Source of the DNA: Candidatus Anderseniibacteriota bacterium
GTDB taxonomy: Bacteria; Patescibacteriota; Andersenbacteria; UBA10190
DNA: 64,000 nt
Assembly: GCA_021414205.1 (NCBI GenBank)
Contig: JAIOOW010000003.1
Span: 364,365 to 428,364, forward strand
Reading direction: 5' to 3'
The position numbers and the translations under genes were made by a program. Under the pieces are notes generated by a model that was not told the origin of the DNA, made no database searches, and saw only the letters and a program-made list of their open reading frames with translations. The stretch's first letter is position 1, and every line of letters begins with the position of its first letter. Positions 1 to 10,157 of this stretch are shown one piece after another.

Positions 1-1364
1 GGGGGCATGCCGTACTCCAGGGCGCGTAAGTACGACTCATCAATTGCATGCGCTTCAATGTCCCCTTTATCGCGTTCTGCTTGCTGCTCCATAAAGCGTT
101 CTCGCTGTTCGATCGGATCGTTTAATTCTGAATATGCTTTTACTAATTCCATGCCAGCAACAACCAATTGGAACATTTCTGCGATGTTCGGATTGCTCGC
201 CTTTTTCTTTGCAAGTGGAACAAGCTCGACGGGATAGTCATATAGAATAGTGGGTTCTATAAGAGTCGGTCGAACGATTTCTTTGTACAGTTCGTCTACC
301 AGCTTGCCGTAATTATCAACGTCAGGAGCTTTGATTCCATACTTTTTAAATGCGGCCTTGTATACTGCAGGGTCTTTTTCTGTGAGCGCGTCGATGCCTG
401 TGCGTTCTTTAATTAATTCTGTATACGAATATCGTTTAAAAGGCGGTTTGAACGATATGGTGGTCTCGCCTCGCGGAAGGTCGTATGATCCGTTGATAGC
501 AAGTACCGCGCTTGAAAGCAGATCCTCTGCCATGTCCATTAAGTCCTCGTAGTCTGCATATGCCCAGTAGAATTCAAGCATGGTGAATTCTGGGTTATGG
601 GATTTGTCTACCCCTTCGTTTCTAAAGTTTTTTCCAATTTCAAATACTTTTTCAAATCCGCCCACTAGCAATCTTTTTAAATACAGTTCTGGTGCGATGC
701 GCAAAAATAAATCCGCATCAAGGGCATTGTGATGCGTTGAGAACGGTGCTGCGAGGGTTCCTCCAGGAATCGGTTGAAGCATTGGAGTCTCTACTTCCAT
801 GAAGCCGTTTTTTTCTAAGTAAGAACGTACGAAGGACAATGTTTTTGATCGTTTGCGTGCAGTTTCTTTTGTATCCGGATTGGTAAGTAAGTCCAATTCT
901 CGTTGGCGAGATTTCAGTTCAATATCTTTTAATCCGAACCACGTGCTCGGAATCGGGCGGATTGCTTTACTTGCCATGGAGCATTCGGTGATCATCACCG
1001 TCTTTTCTCCGCGCTTGCTCAGCACCGGGATACCAATTGCTTGGACAAAGTCCCCGGAGTCATATTCCGATAATTCTTTAAAGCGATCGCCTAGTTGTTC
1101 TTCGGTAAACTGCAGCTGCATTTTACCGCCATCGTCGATGATGTCTACGAACGCAATGCTCCCGTGAGAGCGGATAGCAGAGATACGCCCAAGCAGAATC
1201 ACAGCCTCCCCATCTTTCATTTTGTCGTCAAATTGTTCGGTAAGTTCGGATAGTGTCATGCTTCGGCGTACTTCTGCCGGATATGCCGGTTTTCCGGAAG
1301 CCAAAAGCTCCTCACGCTTCTTAGCGCGCAGTGCCCTCATTTCTTCTAATCGTTCTTCTGCCAT
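1..1364 (-). CDS. lysS: Lysine--tRNA ligase (class II), 3' end truncated by window edge
   Basis: Not in ORF track. Reverse translation from ATG 1364 gives MAEERLEEMRALR..., with LRIAPELYLKRLLVGG, FRNEGVDKSHNPEFTMLEFY and ALEYGMPP motifs. Confidence 0.95.
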   Translation of the reverse strand, partial: MAEERLEEMRALRAKKREELLASGKPAYPAEVRRSMTLSELTEQFDDKMKDGEAVILLGRISAIRSHGSIAFVDIIDDGGKMQLQFTEEQLGDRFKELSEYDSGDFVQAIGIPVLSKRGEKTVMITECSMASKAIRPIPSTWFGLKDIELKSRQRELDLLTNPDTKETARKRSKTLSFVRSYLEKNGFMEVETPMLQPIPGGTLAAPFSTHHNALDADLFLRIAPELYLKRLLVGGFEKVFEIGKNFRNEGVDKSHNPEFTMLEFYWAYADYEDLMDMAEDLLSSAVLAINGSYDLPRGETTISFKPPFKRYSYTELIKERTGIDALTEKDPAVYKAAFKKYGIKAPDVDNYGKLVDELYKEIVRPTLIEPTILYDYPVELVPLAKKKASNPNIAEMFQLVVAGMELVKAYSELNDPIEQRERFMEQQAERDKGDIEAHAIDESYLRALEYGMP

Positions 1365-1421
1365 GTTCTATAGTGTACGGAATATATGTAAAAACTGGAA
1401 TAGGCAGGCTAAAACAAGGAA

Positions 1422-1452
1422 TCCCCGCTCCGCCAACTGGCAGATGCGGGGA
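1422..1452. terminator. GC-rich hairpin between greA and lysS
   Basis: TCCCCGC...GCGGGGA stem just downstream of the greA stop, T-rich flanks. Confidence 0.6.
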
Positions 1453-1463
1453 CTTTTTTGCTA

Positions 1464-1919
1464 TTAACTAATTTTTTTGACGATGCACTCTTTGTTGCCT
1501 GCAGGAGTTGGAATATGGATAGTTTCTCCAACCTTTGCGCCCATGAGAGCCTCTCCCATCGGAGATTCATTACTGATTTTGCCCTGCATCGGATTTGCTT
1601 CATTGGATCCTACGATCATAAATTCCTTCTCTGTTCCTTGCCAATCGAGCAATACCGTATTGCCGATGCCGACAGCATCTGTTTTATGCTTTGCTACTAC
1701 ATGCGCATTTTTTACCATCATTTCAAGTTCCGCAATTTCTTGCTCCATTCGGCTCTGTTCTTCTTTTGCGCTTTGGTACTCTGCGTTTTCTGAAAGATCG
1801 CCCTGTTCTTTTGCAGTATGAATCGCATCGGCAATCTCACGACGACGCACGGTCTTCATGAGATGTAATCGTTGCTGTAGTTCCGCCATCCCCTCTTTCG
1901 TTAAAAATTGGTCTTTCAT
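1464..1919 (-). CDS. greA: Transcription elongation factor GreA
   Basis: GDLSENAEY and ISNESPMGEALMG motifs. Confidence 0.97.
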   Translation of the reverse strand: MKDQFLTKEGMAELQQRLHLMKTVRRREIADAIHTAKEQGDLSENAEYQSAKEEQSRMEQEIAELEMMVKNAHVVAKHKTDAVGIGNTVLLDWQGTEKEFMIVGSNEANPMQGKISNESPMGEALMGAKVGETIHIPTPAGNKECIVKKIS

Positions 1920-1999
1920 AAATATATTAATAGTAATGTTGGACTAGTGTAGCGAATCTGCGCTATAGGTCAAGACCCGTTTGTTCACAATTTGTCACG

Positions 2000-3814
2000 C
2001 TATTTTGACAGGTCATGCTCATAGAGCCACTGCCAAACTTCCCGAGCAATAGGTACTGCGACCACGTCACCGCCCCCACCTTGTTCTATGAGTACTGTAA
2101 CTGCGAACTTTGGATTTCCGTATGGGCCAAAGCTGGTAAACCAAGCATGGGTTTTATCTGATCCGTCGATTTGAGCGGTTCCTGTTTTCCCGGCAATTGG
2201 AATCGGCAGAGTGTTAAGGGATTTTGCCGAACCGTCTGTAATCGTCTCTCTCATGCCTTCTTGAACAATCTGGACATTACTTTGACTGACAGGGATTGGA
2301 TGTTTTTTGGGGTTGCCTTGCACGAGGTGCGGCTGATACCACGTTGTTCCATTCGCAATTGATGCGATGCCGGCTGTCATCTGAAGTGGCGTGACGAGTA
2401 CGCCTCCTTGCCCAATTCCCATGTGGTATGTGTCCCCGATATACCAAGGCTGTCCCGTAGTGGTAAGTTTCCACTGTGGCGTTGGGAGGAATCCGGGAGC
2501 TTCGCTTGGCAGGTCGATCCCGGTGTCGTTATCAAAACCAAACTGCTTGAGGTATGTGTCCGATTTATCAACTCCTAATCCGCCTTGGCCATTGAGTCCG
2601 CCGGCAACCATGTAAAAGAACGTGTTTACTGAATTTGCTATCGCTTTCTTTACGTCAGTAATCCCGTGCCCACCGGATTTCCAATCTAGGAAGTGGTACG
2701 ACCCAACTGTGATTCCGCCCACGGAATTTACGGTAGTATTTTCCGTAATAATGCCTTCTTGTAACCCTGCGCTTGCAAGAAAAGGCTTGATTGTCGAGCC
2801 GGGCGGATACGCACCATTAACGGCCCTGTTAAATAGCGGCATTTGCTTGTCGTTGAAGTATTTGGTTGTATTGTTGCGCAAGAATGGCTGCGAAAAAGCG
2901 TTTGGATCGTATGATGGATAGCTTACGAGGCTTTGAACTTCACCATTCGTGGTATCCATGACAACCACAGCCCCTCGCATAGGCCCTTCTCCTGCTTTTT
3001 GATTCTTCGCATCAAGGTCGGACATGAGCCCGTAGATGAATTTTTGTAATTCAGCATCAATAGTAAGTGTTAAGTCTTGTCCTGCAACGGCAGGCTTTTG
3101 CCCTAGATCTGTTTGCTGTTTTCCGGCCGCATTTACTTCCGTATAGGTGAGTCCATGTTCTCCGCGAAGAGCCGCGTCATATTGCAGTTCAATGCCCTGC
3201 TTTCCTGTAGTGTCTGTGGCCGTAAGATTAGAGTTGCTTGCTAATTGTTCAGCGGTAACGGGGTTTGTGTACCCTAGAATATGAGCAAGGACTTCTGAGT
3301 ACAGATATTTGCGCACAAGAGATGATTCGAGCGACGTGCCTACAAGATTAGCTTCGTTTTGTTCTAGCTTGAGTACCGTGTCATGATCGAGCGCCTTTGC
3401 AATGAGCGTTTCTTGGCCGGTTTTCCGCGATCGGTCGAGGGCTGCTCTGATTTGGTCAGGAGAAATACTCGGAAGAAGTGTGGTGAGATTGTCGAGCAAG
3501 TATGATTCATTCGCAACGGTCGGAAGTTGGTTTGGTTTGAATACTAAATCTGTACTGGAAATATTTTCCACCAATTGTGTATGATTGCGATCGTAAATAA
3601 TTCCTCTGGGCGCAGGAAGGATGACGCTATCTACCCGATTGTGTTCTGCTTGAGAGCGAAACGATGATCCCTTAACGATTTGCAAATATCCCCCTCTTAT
3701 TGTAACAACGAGCAGGATGCATGTAAGAATAATGGGAAGTGCGCCAAATCTTCTGGTAGCAGATTTGGGCCGGGGATTCGGCTGCTCTATAATGTCAGAT
3801 GCGCTCAAGTTCAT
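2000..3814 (-). CDS. mrdA: Penicillin-binding protein 2
   Basis: APRGIIYDR, PGSTIK (SxxK), SVN and KTGTAQ motifs; follows mreBCD. Confidence 0.93.
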   Translation of the reverse strand: MNLSASDIIEQPNPRPKSATRRFGALPIILTCILLVVTIRGGYLQIVKGSSFRSQAEHNRVDSVILPAPRGIIYDRNHTQLVENISSTDLVFKPNQLPTVANESYLLDNLTTLLPSISPDQIRAALDRSRKTGQETLIAKALDHDTVLKLEQNEANLVGTSLESSLVRKYLYSEVLAHILGYTNPVTAEQLASNSNLTATDTTGKQGIELQYDAALRGEHGLTYTEVNAAGKQQTDLGQKPAVAGQDLTLTIDAELQKFIYGLMSDLDAKNQKAGEGPMRGAVVVMDTTNGEVQSLVSYPSYDPNAFSQPFLRNNTTKYFNDKQMPLFNRAVNGAYPPGSTIKPFLASAGLQEGIITENTTVNSVGGITVGSYHFLDWKSGGHGITDVKKAIANSVNTFFYMVAGGLNGQGGLGVDKSDTYLKQFGFDNDTGIDLPSEAPGFLPTPQWKLTTTGQPWYIGDTYHMGIGQGGVLVTPLQMTAGIASIANGTTWYQPHLVQGNPKKHPIPVSQSNVQIVQEGMRETITDGSAKSLNTLPIPIAGKTGTAQIDGSDKTHAWFTSFGPYGNPKFAVTVLIEQGGGGDVVAVPIAREVWQWLYEHDLSK

Positions 3815-4281
3815 AGTCGTGAAGTGTACTCATGGAATGCAACGGTAATGACGTACGTAATAATGCTGGTGCATGCCAACTGAATTCCGATAATACCAAA
3901 AGGAATGCTCTGTAATGCGGGTGCGTGCAATCCCGTTTTTGCGATAATAATCGCAATGATTTGAAGTGTGACGCATAAGAATGTAGTAAAGAAGAATTTC
4001 CATGTAATGCCTACTTCTGGATTTTTCATGAGCCATTGCACGAAAAATGGTATGGAAAACACAACAATCATGCTCCCAAATATAAGAGTCGAAAGGAGTT
4101 CGCAGGCAAGTGCTGCAATTGCAATAGTGATGACCGGTGCCGGCGAGATTGTTGCAAGCAAAAACGAAATGCCGAGGGGTGCAAGAAACAGTGATGCAGT
4201 GCTGTATCTGAAAAAATGGTGCAACAAAAGCATGAAAACAATTGTAGCGACCAAGGTTAAGATCTGTCGTATGGACATCAT
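3811..4281 (-). CDS. Membrane protein, probable MreD equivalent
   Basis: 156-aa hydrophobic ORF between mreC and PBP2 with overlapping start/stop codons; call rests on position. Confidence 0.6.
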   Translation of the reverse strand: MMSIRQILTLVATIVFMLLLHHFFRYSTASLFLAPLGISFLLATISPAPVITIAIAALACELLSTLIFGSMIVVFSIPFFVQWLMKNPEVGITWKFFFTTFLCVTLQIIAIIIAKTGLHAPALQSIPFGIIGIQLACTSIITYVITVAFHEYTSRL

Positions 4282-5042
4282 TTTGGAGCAAGTACGGTTA
4301 CGGCTTCAATAGCATCGGGGTTGTATGGGAGCTGAATTACTGCCTGCTGGTATGCTTCATTTTCAGGCTTGCTAATCGAGGAAATTGATCCAATAACAAT
4401 GCCATATGGAATCTGCGATCCGTTGCTTGTGGTGACTACGTTTTGTCCTACGCTGAGCGTAGCATCTCGAGGAATTGTTCCCATATGTATGGATGTTTGA
4501 AACTGACTTGTTACAAGTCCGCGGGCAGGTGTTGCGCCAGAATCCGTTACCACTGTTTCTGCTGTTACAGATGTTTTTGGATGAAGGACAGTTTGTATAA
4601 CTGCTGAATGAAGGGATACTTGCGATACAAAACCCACAAGCGCGGATCCGTTTACGACCACTGCCTCATCTGACCCTATTCCCTCCTCTATCCCCTTATT
4701 AATAACGTATTCAGATTGGAGGGTATCGATTGGACGGCTGATCACATGCGCTGAAATTGCCTGCATCCCATCAAACGAAGGTGCCTTAAGCTGGGATCGC
4801 AATCGGTCGTAGTCTATAAGTTCGCTCGCAAGGCGAGTATTTTCAAGGGTGAGCTGCTTGTTTTTTTCTTCCAAAGATTGAGACCCTCCATTGTCATGGA
4901 AGCGGAACACTGTCGTTGCGGTGAGGACTATTTGATCCCATGTTCGATTCCTGACATGCTGTGCGATCGGAGTAAACGATGCCAATATCGCGATGAGGAT
5001 TATCGCGAGGATTCCGAATACTAGCTTGTTTCGTCTCTTCAT
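4278..5042 (-). CDS. mreC: Rod shape-determining protein MreC
   Basis: N-terminal TM, coiled coil (LEEKNKQLTLEN), INKG..G and VTT...IPYGIVIG motifs. Confidence 0.9.
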   Translation of the reverse strand: MKRRNKLVFGILAIILIAILASFTPIAQHVRNRTWDQIVLTATTVFRFHDNGGSQSLEEKNKQLTLENTRLASELIDYDRLRSQLKAPSFDGMQAISAHVISRPIDTLQSEYVINKGIEEGIGSDEAVVVNGSALVGFVSQVSLHSAVIQTVLHPKTSVTAETVVTDSGATPARGLVTSQFQTSIHMGTIPRDATLSVGQNVVTTSNGSQIPYGIVIGSISSISKPENEAYQQAVIQLPYNPDAIEAVTVLAPK

Positions 5043-5050
5043 ACGTTGTT

Positions 5051-6109
5051 CTATTTAATTTTCGATCCATGAACGCTTGGCAAGAGCACTTCTTGTACTG
5101 CCTCAATATCTTCTAATACTATACCAGTCCCGCGCACGACTGCAGTAAGCGGATCGTCTGTAATGTGGGTCCTAATCTGGGTGGCATCTGTAATAACGTC
5201 CGCCAGGCCTCGTAGGAGCGCTCCCCCGCCTGCTAAATAAATACCCTGTTCGATAATATCAGACAATAATTCTGGTGGAGTTTCTTCAATACATGCCTTT
5301 ACCGCATCAACGATAATGGAGATGGAACGCTGCATCGCCTCTTTTGCCTGCATGCCGTTCATGATCACTTCTTTCGGAAGGCCAGTTACAAGATCTCGTC
5401 CGCGTATCGGAGCTTCGAGAATTTCCATCGTATCCATTGCAGACCCGATGCGAATTTTGATTTCTTCGGCAGTTCGTTCTCCGATTAACATATTAAAATT
5501 ATTGCGCGCGTATTGGATAATATTTTCGTTCAATTCGTCTCCGGCGATGCGCAATGTCCTATTTGCAACGATTCCCCCAAGTGAAATAACGGAAATCTCG
5601 CTCGTTCCTCCGCCGATATCGACGATGATATTTCCCGTAGCCTCATGAATCGGCAGTCGGGATCCGATGGCAGCTGCCATAGACTCTTCAATTAAAAACA
5701 CGGCTCGAGCCCCGGCACGCAAGCTCGCCTCTTCAACGGCACGTCGCTCTACTTCCGTTACTGATGATGGGATACCAATAACAACTCGCGGTCGTGGTAA
5801 AAAGTGGAATCCGTCTTCATGCACTTTTTGAATAAAATACGAAAGCATTTGCTCTGTTACTTCAAAATCAGAGATAACCCCGTGTCGCAATGGTCTGATC
5901 GCTACAATGTGCGAAGGCGTTTTACCAACCATGCGCTGCGCTTCTTTTCCAATAGCGAGCACCTCGTTTGTTTTTTTGTTCAGCGCAACGACGGAAGGTT
6001 CGTTAATAACAACGCCCTTTCCGCGCACGTATACGAGCGTGTTTGCCGTCCCCAAGTCAATTCCGATGTCTTGCGAGAATCGGCCAAAAAAGTTATTAAC
6101 AAATCCCAT
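5051..6109 (-). CDS. mreB: Rod shape-determining protein MreB
   Basis: IGIDLGTANT, DIGGGTSE and LAGGGALLRGL motifs. Confidence 0.97.
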   Translation of the reverse strand: MGFVNNFFGRFSQDIGIDLGTANTLVYVRGKGVVINEPSVVALNKKTNEVLAIGKEAQRMVGKTPSHIVAIRPLRHGVISDFEVTEQMLSYFIQKVHEDGFHFLPRPRVVIGIPSSVTEVERRAVEEASLRAGARAVFLIEESMAAAIGSRLPIHEATGNIIVDIGGGTSEISVISLGGIVANRTLRIAGDELNENIIQYARNNFNMLIGERTAEEIKIRIGSAMDTMEILEAPIRGRDLVTGLPKEVIMNGMQAKEAMQRSISIIVDAVKACIEETPPELLSDIIEQGIYLAGGGALLRGLADVITDATQIRTHITDDPLTAVVRGTGIVLEDIEAVQEVLLPSVHGSKIK

Positions 6110-6116
6110 ACCAGTA

Positions 6117-7346
6117 TTATCCTTTCAGCCGTTCGATGCAGGCAGCAATATCTACCAATGACGTTTCTGCTTCCGTTCTGCTTTTTACCTCAACTTGGTC
6201 ACCCGTTTTTTTAGAAACAACTACGCGATATGGAATTCCTAATAAATCAGCATCTGAAAACTTTGCTCCGGGAGCAATATCTCTATCGTCATACAGAACC
6301 TCTATTCCCGATGTTTTAAGGGCAGTATATATTTCATCCGCTTTTCTCACCGTATCTTCATCGTCGCGATTTAGACCTGCTAAATACACAGTAAACGGCG
6401 CAATGCTTTTCGGCCAAATAATTCCCTTGTCATCATGGAATTTTTCTACGATGACGCCCATGAGGCGCGTAGTTCCAATTCCGTAGCTGCCCATGTATAC
6501 CAATTGCGGTTTTCCATTTTCATCCATATACGTGTAATTGAATGCGTTTGAAAACTTGATATTGAGCGGGAAGATATTTCCTACTTCGCTTGCCTTGTGC
6601 TTTTCATATGTCTTTCCTTCAGGCGCAATTTCTTCATTGTACGCAATTCCCGTTTCAGTATCGATACAAATAATATCCTCGCCCGCATCGCAAATAGTCT
6701 GAAATTCATGAGAGAACCCGGTAGTGAAATCTCCTCCCGATGCAAGAGTTATTTTAGTATCTTCTCCTAAGCCAACGCGTTCAAAAATGGTGGTGTATGC
6801 TTTTTTAACTTGCTCGTAATAAGTAAGCAGGTCGTCCTCGTCTTTGTGGAAGCTATACAAATCTTTCATGCGGAATTCCCGTCCACGCATAAGGCCTGAC
6901 TTTGCGCGTTCTTCGTTTCTGAATTTTGTTTGAATTTGATATACGGCAAATGGAAAATCTTTGTAACTCGATTTAGATTTTTGCGCAATCGGAGTAACGA
7001 GTTCTTCGTGGGTGCAGTTTAAAATGTACGATGCATCGTTGCGCTTGCGAGACGCGTCATTTGCCCCTCGAGCTTCGAGCAGTACGTCAATTTCTGTTCG
7101 CTTGGTTGTTTCCCAAAGCGATCGCGGAGAGAGCGCGGGCATGAGCATTTCCGTTCCGATAGTATCCATTTCCTCTCGGACAATAGCTTCTATTTTATTG
7201 AGTACGCGAAGACCAATGGGTAGCATGGTGTATACACCCGACATCGTCTGGTCGATGAATCCCCCTTTTTGCAGAAGTGTTGCGTTTATGGAATCAAATT
7301 CTTTTGCATCCTTATTTGTGTGAAGAAAAAACGAAGAGTATCTCAT
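6117..7346 (-). CDS. proS: Proline--tRNA ligase (short form, no INS editing domain)
   Basis: YQIQTKFRNEERAKSGLMRGREFRMKDLYSF, MGSYGIG, anticodon-binding domain. Confidence 0.93.
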   Translation of the reverse strand: MRYSSFFLHTNKDAKEFDSINATLLQKGGFIDQTMSGVYTMLPIGLRVLNKIEAIVREEMDTIGTEMLMPALSPRSLWETTKRTEIDVLLEARGANDASRKRNDASYILNCTHEELVTPIAQKSKSSYKDFPFAVYQIQTKFRNEERAKSGLMRGREFRMKDLYSFHKDEDDLLTYYEQVKKAYTTIFERVGLGEDTKITLASGGDFTTGFSHEFQTICDAGEDIICIDTETGIAYNEEIAPEGKTYEKHKASEVGNIFPLNIKFSNAFNYTYMDENGKPQLVYMGSYGIGTTRLMGVIVEKFHDDKGIIWPKSIAPFTVYLAGLNRDDEDTVRKADEIYTALKTSGIEVLYDDRDIAPGAKFSDADLLGIPYRVVVSKKTGDQVEVKSRTEAETSLVDIAACIERLKG

Positions 7347-7349
7347 AGA

Positions 7350-8438
7350 TTAAAAGTAATGATGAATATCTTTAAATGTTATAAATAGCATGAGTGCAAT
7401 TAACGCGATAAATCCTATAGTATGGGCGTATTGTTCAACGGAAGCAGTTCGTTTTCTGCCGACTAATTTTTCAATTCCTACAAACAGGATTCTCCCGCCA
7501 TCTAATGCAGGAATTGGCAGAATATTAATAATTGCCAAGTTAATACTGATCATCGCCGCAAACTCTAAGAAGTACGATAATCCCATTGCAACGGCCTGCT
7601 TTGTGTAAATTGCAATTCCGATCGGGCCGGTGAGTGCCTGGCCTACGGATTGATGTTCGAATAATTTCGCAATCAAGATTCCGAATTGGGAAAGTATTGT
7701 CCATGCCATAATGCCCGTTCGTTCAATGCCTTTAATTGGCGCTAGATAGATTGGGGATTTTTCTAATCCTGTTTCGCTCAGGCTAATCCCGAGCGCGCCT
7801 TGTCCTTCGGGAGGATTTACTCGAGGTGTTACGGTAACAGAAAGATCTTGGCCATTTCTATCTAGTTGCATCTGTATTTGCTTGCCCGCGTTGTCTCGTG
7901 TTATTTGCTGTACTGTAGTCAACGACGGGGCTTGGACATTGTTAATGCTTACAATTCGGTCATATACTTGCATACCCGCTTGCTGTGCGGGAGAATCTTT
8001 TGCAACTTCAACGGTATATGTTTTTTTATCGGTGAGCGTGCTCGCATTTTTTTCTGTTACCAACGTTGGCGCGCCGATTGCGCTTTCAACAGAAAGCAAT
8101 ACGACCGCAAACAGCAGGTTCATAATGACTCCTGCGGACAATATTGCAATTCTCCACCAAGCCGACTTGCTTGCGAAGCTGGTTTGCGATGGTTTTTCAC
8201 CATCTGGTAATTCTTCCATATTTTCCCCTTCTATCTTTACAAACCCGCCAATCGGGAAAAGATTAAGAGAGTAAAGCGTTCCGCGCCATGTTTTAGACAA
8301 TAGTCTTGGCGGAAATCCGAATCCGAATTCCTCAACTTTGCAACCTGCCTTTTTCGCAACAAAGAAATGTCCCCACTCGTGGACTAATACCAGAACCAGT
8401 AGCATTGCAATAAAAATCAATATAATCCAGATAGACAT
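7350..8438 (-). CDS. rseP: RIP metalloprotease RseP (M50 with PDZ)
   Basis: HEWGH, PIGGFVKI and NILPIPALDGG motifs. Confidence 0.93.
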   Translation of the reverse strand: MSIWIILIFIAMLLVLVLVHEWGHFFVAKKAGCKVEEFGFGFPPRLLSKTWRGTLYSLNLFPIGGFVKIEGENMEELPDGEKPSQTSFASKSAWWRIAILSAGVIMNLLFAVVLLSVESAIGAPTLVTEKNASTLTDKKTYTVEVAKDSPAQQAGMQVYDRIVSINNVQAPSLTTVQQITRDNAGKQIQMQLDRNGQDLSVTVTPRVNPPEGQGALGISLSETGLEKSPIYLAPIKGIERTGIMAWTILSQFGILIAKLFEHQSVGQALTGPIGIAIYTKQAVAMGLSYFLEFAAMISINLAIINILPIPALDGGRILFVGIEKLVGRKRTASVEQYAHTIGFIALIALMLFITFKDIHHYF

Positions 8439-8500
8439 ACCCCTAAGCGTATCTTGCTTTGCCCTCGGGCGCTAGTGGAGTTTTTTGGGCTTTTTGGTAT

Positions 8501-8532
8501 AAAAATACCCCGGACAGTGTGTCGCCGGGGGT
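8501..8532 (-). terminator. Intrinsic terminator after the Clp-N-like orphan
   Basis: CCCCGG-N11-CCGGGG followed by TATTTTT on the minus strand. Confidence 0.75.
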
Positions 8533-8550
8533 TGTTTTGGTAGCTGGTTG

Positions 8551-9099
8551 TTATGTGCACGCGTGCTTGCGATGATTGCGTGCGTTGCCCCTATCCCTCC
8601 TCTTTCTCTTGCCTCGCCGTGGTCTGATGGCAGCTGGAGCGTGATGAGTGACGGGGCGAAATCGGGCGCAATACTCTACAAGCTTTCTTTCGAGATCTTC
8701 CGTTAGGCCGGAAGACCGCAAAAGATGACCATTCAAAGACTTTCTCCCTCGAGTTAAGAGTTCGAGCAATAGGTCCTCGATATGGAGCACGTTTCTGTGG
8801 TTTCTTATGGATCGCACAAATGCACAGCGAAGAATGTGCTGGAAATGTGGGGATCTTTCGCAAACACCTCGCGTTTCCTGATAAGCGGGGTAACCGAGTA
8901 TCTCGTACATTTTCCCAAGCAGGTCGGGAAAGTTGATACAAGGCAGCCGGCTTTTGTGGTAATCGGCGTGTTCCATAAAAACGGTCATAATTCCAAACAG
9001 TGCTTCAGTGACTCCAACTTTCTTATGTCGCTGAAACGTTGCCAGCTGATTCGAAATGTCGAGCGCGGTTCTTGCCTGTTGAGCAAGACGGATTCGCAT
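8551..9099 (-). CDS. Orphan with degenerate Clp N-terminal double-repeat-like domain and basic tail
   Basis: Start moved to ATG 9099 (AAGGA SD, TTGACA at 9176-9171); ARTALDISNQLA..H..VGVTEALFGI and SPHFQHILRCA...H...LHIEDLLLELL resemble Clp_N repeats. Confidence 0.6.
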   Translation of the reverse strand: MRIRLAQQARTALDISNQLATFQRHKKVGVTEALFGIMTVFMEHADYHKSRLPCINFPDLLGKMYEILGYPAYQETRGVCERSPHFQHILRCAFVRSIRNHRNVLHIEDLLLELLTRGRKSLNGHLLRSSGLTEDLERKLVEYCARFRPVTHHAPAAIRPRRGKRKRRDRGNARNHRKHACT

Positions 9100-9189
9100 A
9101 CAAGCGTCCTTTGGGTTTGAGAAAACGAACAACAATCTACCTACTTGCGGTATATCATATCCACCAGGCTTGTCAATGTATTTTGACAA

Positions 9190-9217
9190 AAGAAAACCCG
9201 GCCATGAAGGTCGGGTT
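9190..9217 (-). terminator. Intrinsic terminator after the 86-aa orphan
   Basis: AACCCGACC-N5-GGCCGGGTT followed by TTCTTTT on the minus strand. Confidence 0.7.
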
Positions 9218-9253
9218 GTGGAAGTGTGACTGGTGTCGGTTTTCATATTGGCA

Positions 9254-9514
9254 TTACGGAATAGTAGTTGGCAGCTTTTTTGTTTGAGCGATAGTCATTG
9301 CGATTATCGCGGCACTGATTTGCCCCTTACAGAAGCGTAATCCATCAAATATGCTGAGCGACCAGAAGAGTGCTCCATCGTCAGTCTGAGCGAGCCAGCG
9401 CGCATCCTTCCTCCCCGTTTGCCTTGGGCCAGCTATTTGAATCATGTAGCCCTCGTTGATTGGGATAAATTCAGGAAAAATTACTACATGGCGACTAGTG
9501 CGTCTCCTCGACAT
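9254..9514 (-). CDS. Hypothetical protein (orphan, 86 aa)
   Basis: GAGGAG SD, TTGACA-17-TATTTT promoter overlapping the frr stop, own terminator. Confidence 0.6.
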   Translation of the reverse strand: MSRRRTSRHVVIFPEFIPINEGYMIQIAGPRQTGRKDARWLAQTDDGALFWSLSIFDGLRFCKGQISAAIIAMTIAQTKKLPTTIP

Positions 9515-9592
9515 GTTTTACTCCTCGGGAAAAGATCAAATAGTATCCGTCTTTCTGCGACAGTAAAAAAATACTTTATATAAGATTATTTG

Positions 9593-10153
9593 TCAAATCG
9601 TTTTAATTTCCTGCTCTTTAGAATCGATAGTTTTTTGGAGTTCGTCTTGAGCCTTCCCAATCAGTTCATCGAGATACTTTTTTCCTCCATAAAAATCGTC
9701 TTCAGACATTCTCCCAGCCTCTTTTTCTTGTTTCAAAAACTTTAAGGCTTCGTCTCTCCCCTTTCGCATGCGGATACGCGTTTCTTCTGCTTTAGCATGT
9801 AGGGTTTTTATAGTCTGCAAGCGAACTTCTTCTGTCAATGACTGGAATGAAAGTCGCAGTACTGCACCGTCTATCGTCGGCATCACGCCAACGTTCGCTT
9901 CTATAATCGCCTTTTCGATTGCGGGAATGGTGCTTTTATCCCATGGAGAAACAACAAGCGTTCGGGCGTCCATATTTGAAACGCTCGCGACGGCTTTAAT
10001 AGGGTTTCGGGCTCCGTATACTTCAACGGAAATATCTTCAATAATGGCTGGCTTTACTCTGCCAGAGCGAAGCCCTGCTATTTCGCTTTGAAACCAATTA
10101 AATGCTTCATCTTGGGATTCTTTAAATATTGTTTCTGCTTTGGGTATAGACAT
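9593..10153 (-). CDS. frr: Ribosome recycling factor
   Basis: LRSGRVKP, LVVSPWDKS and LTEEVR motifs; start at MSIPK. Confidence 0.93.
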   Translation of the reverse strand: MSIPKAETIFKESQDEAFNWFQSEIAGLRSGRVKPAIIEDISVEVYGARNPIKAVASVSNMDARTLVVSPWDKSTIPAIEKAIIEANVGVMPTIDGAVLRLSFQSLTEEVRLQTIKTLHAKAEETRIRMRKGRDEALKFLKQEKEAGRMSEDDFYGGKKYLDELIGKAQDELQKTIDSKEQEIKTI

Positions 10154-10157
10154 AGTG

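Noticed and set aside
6117-7346. Short ProRS (and short AlaRS at 30321-32204) as pseudogenes
   Set aside because: Catalytic motifs are intact; compact forms are usual in reduced genomes
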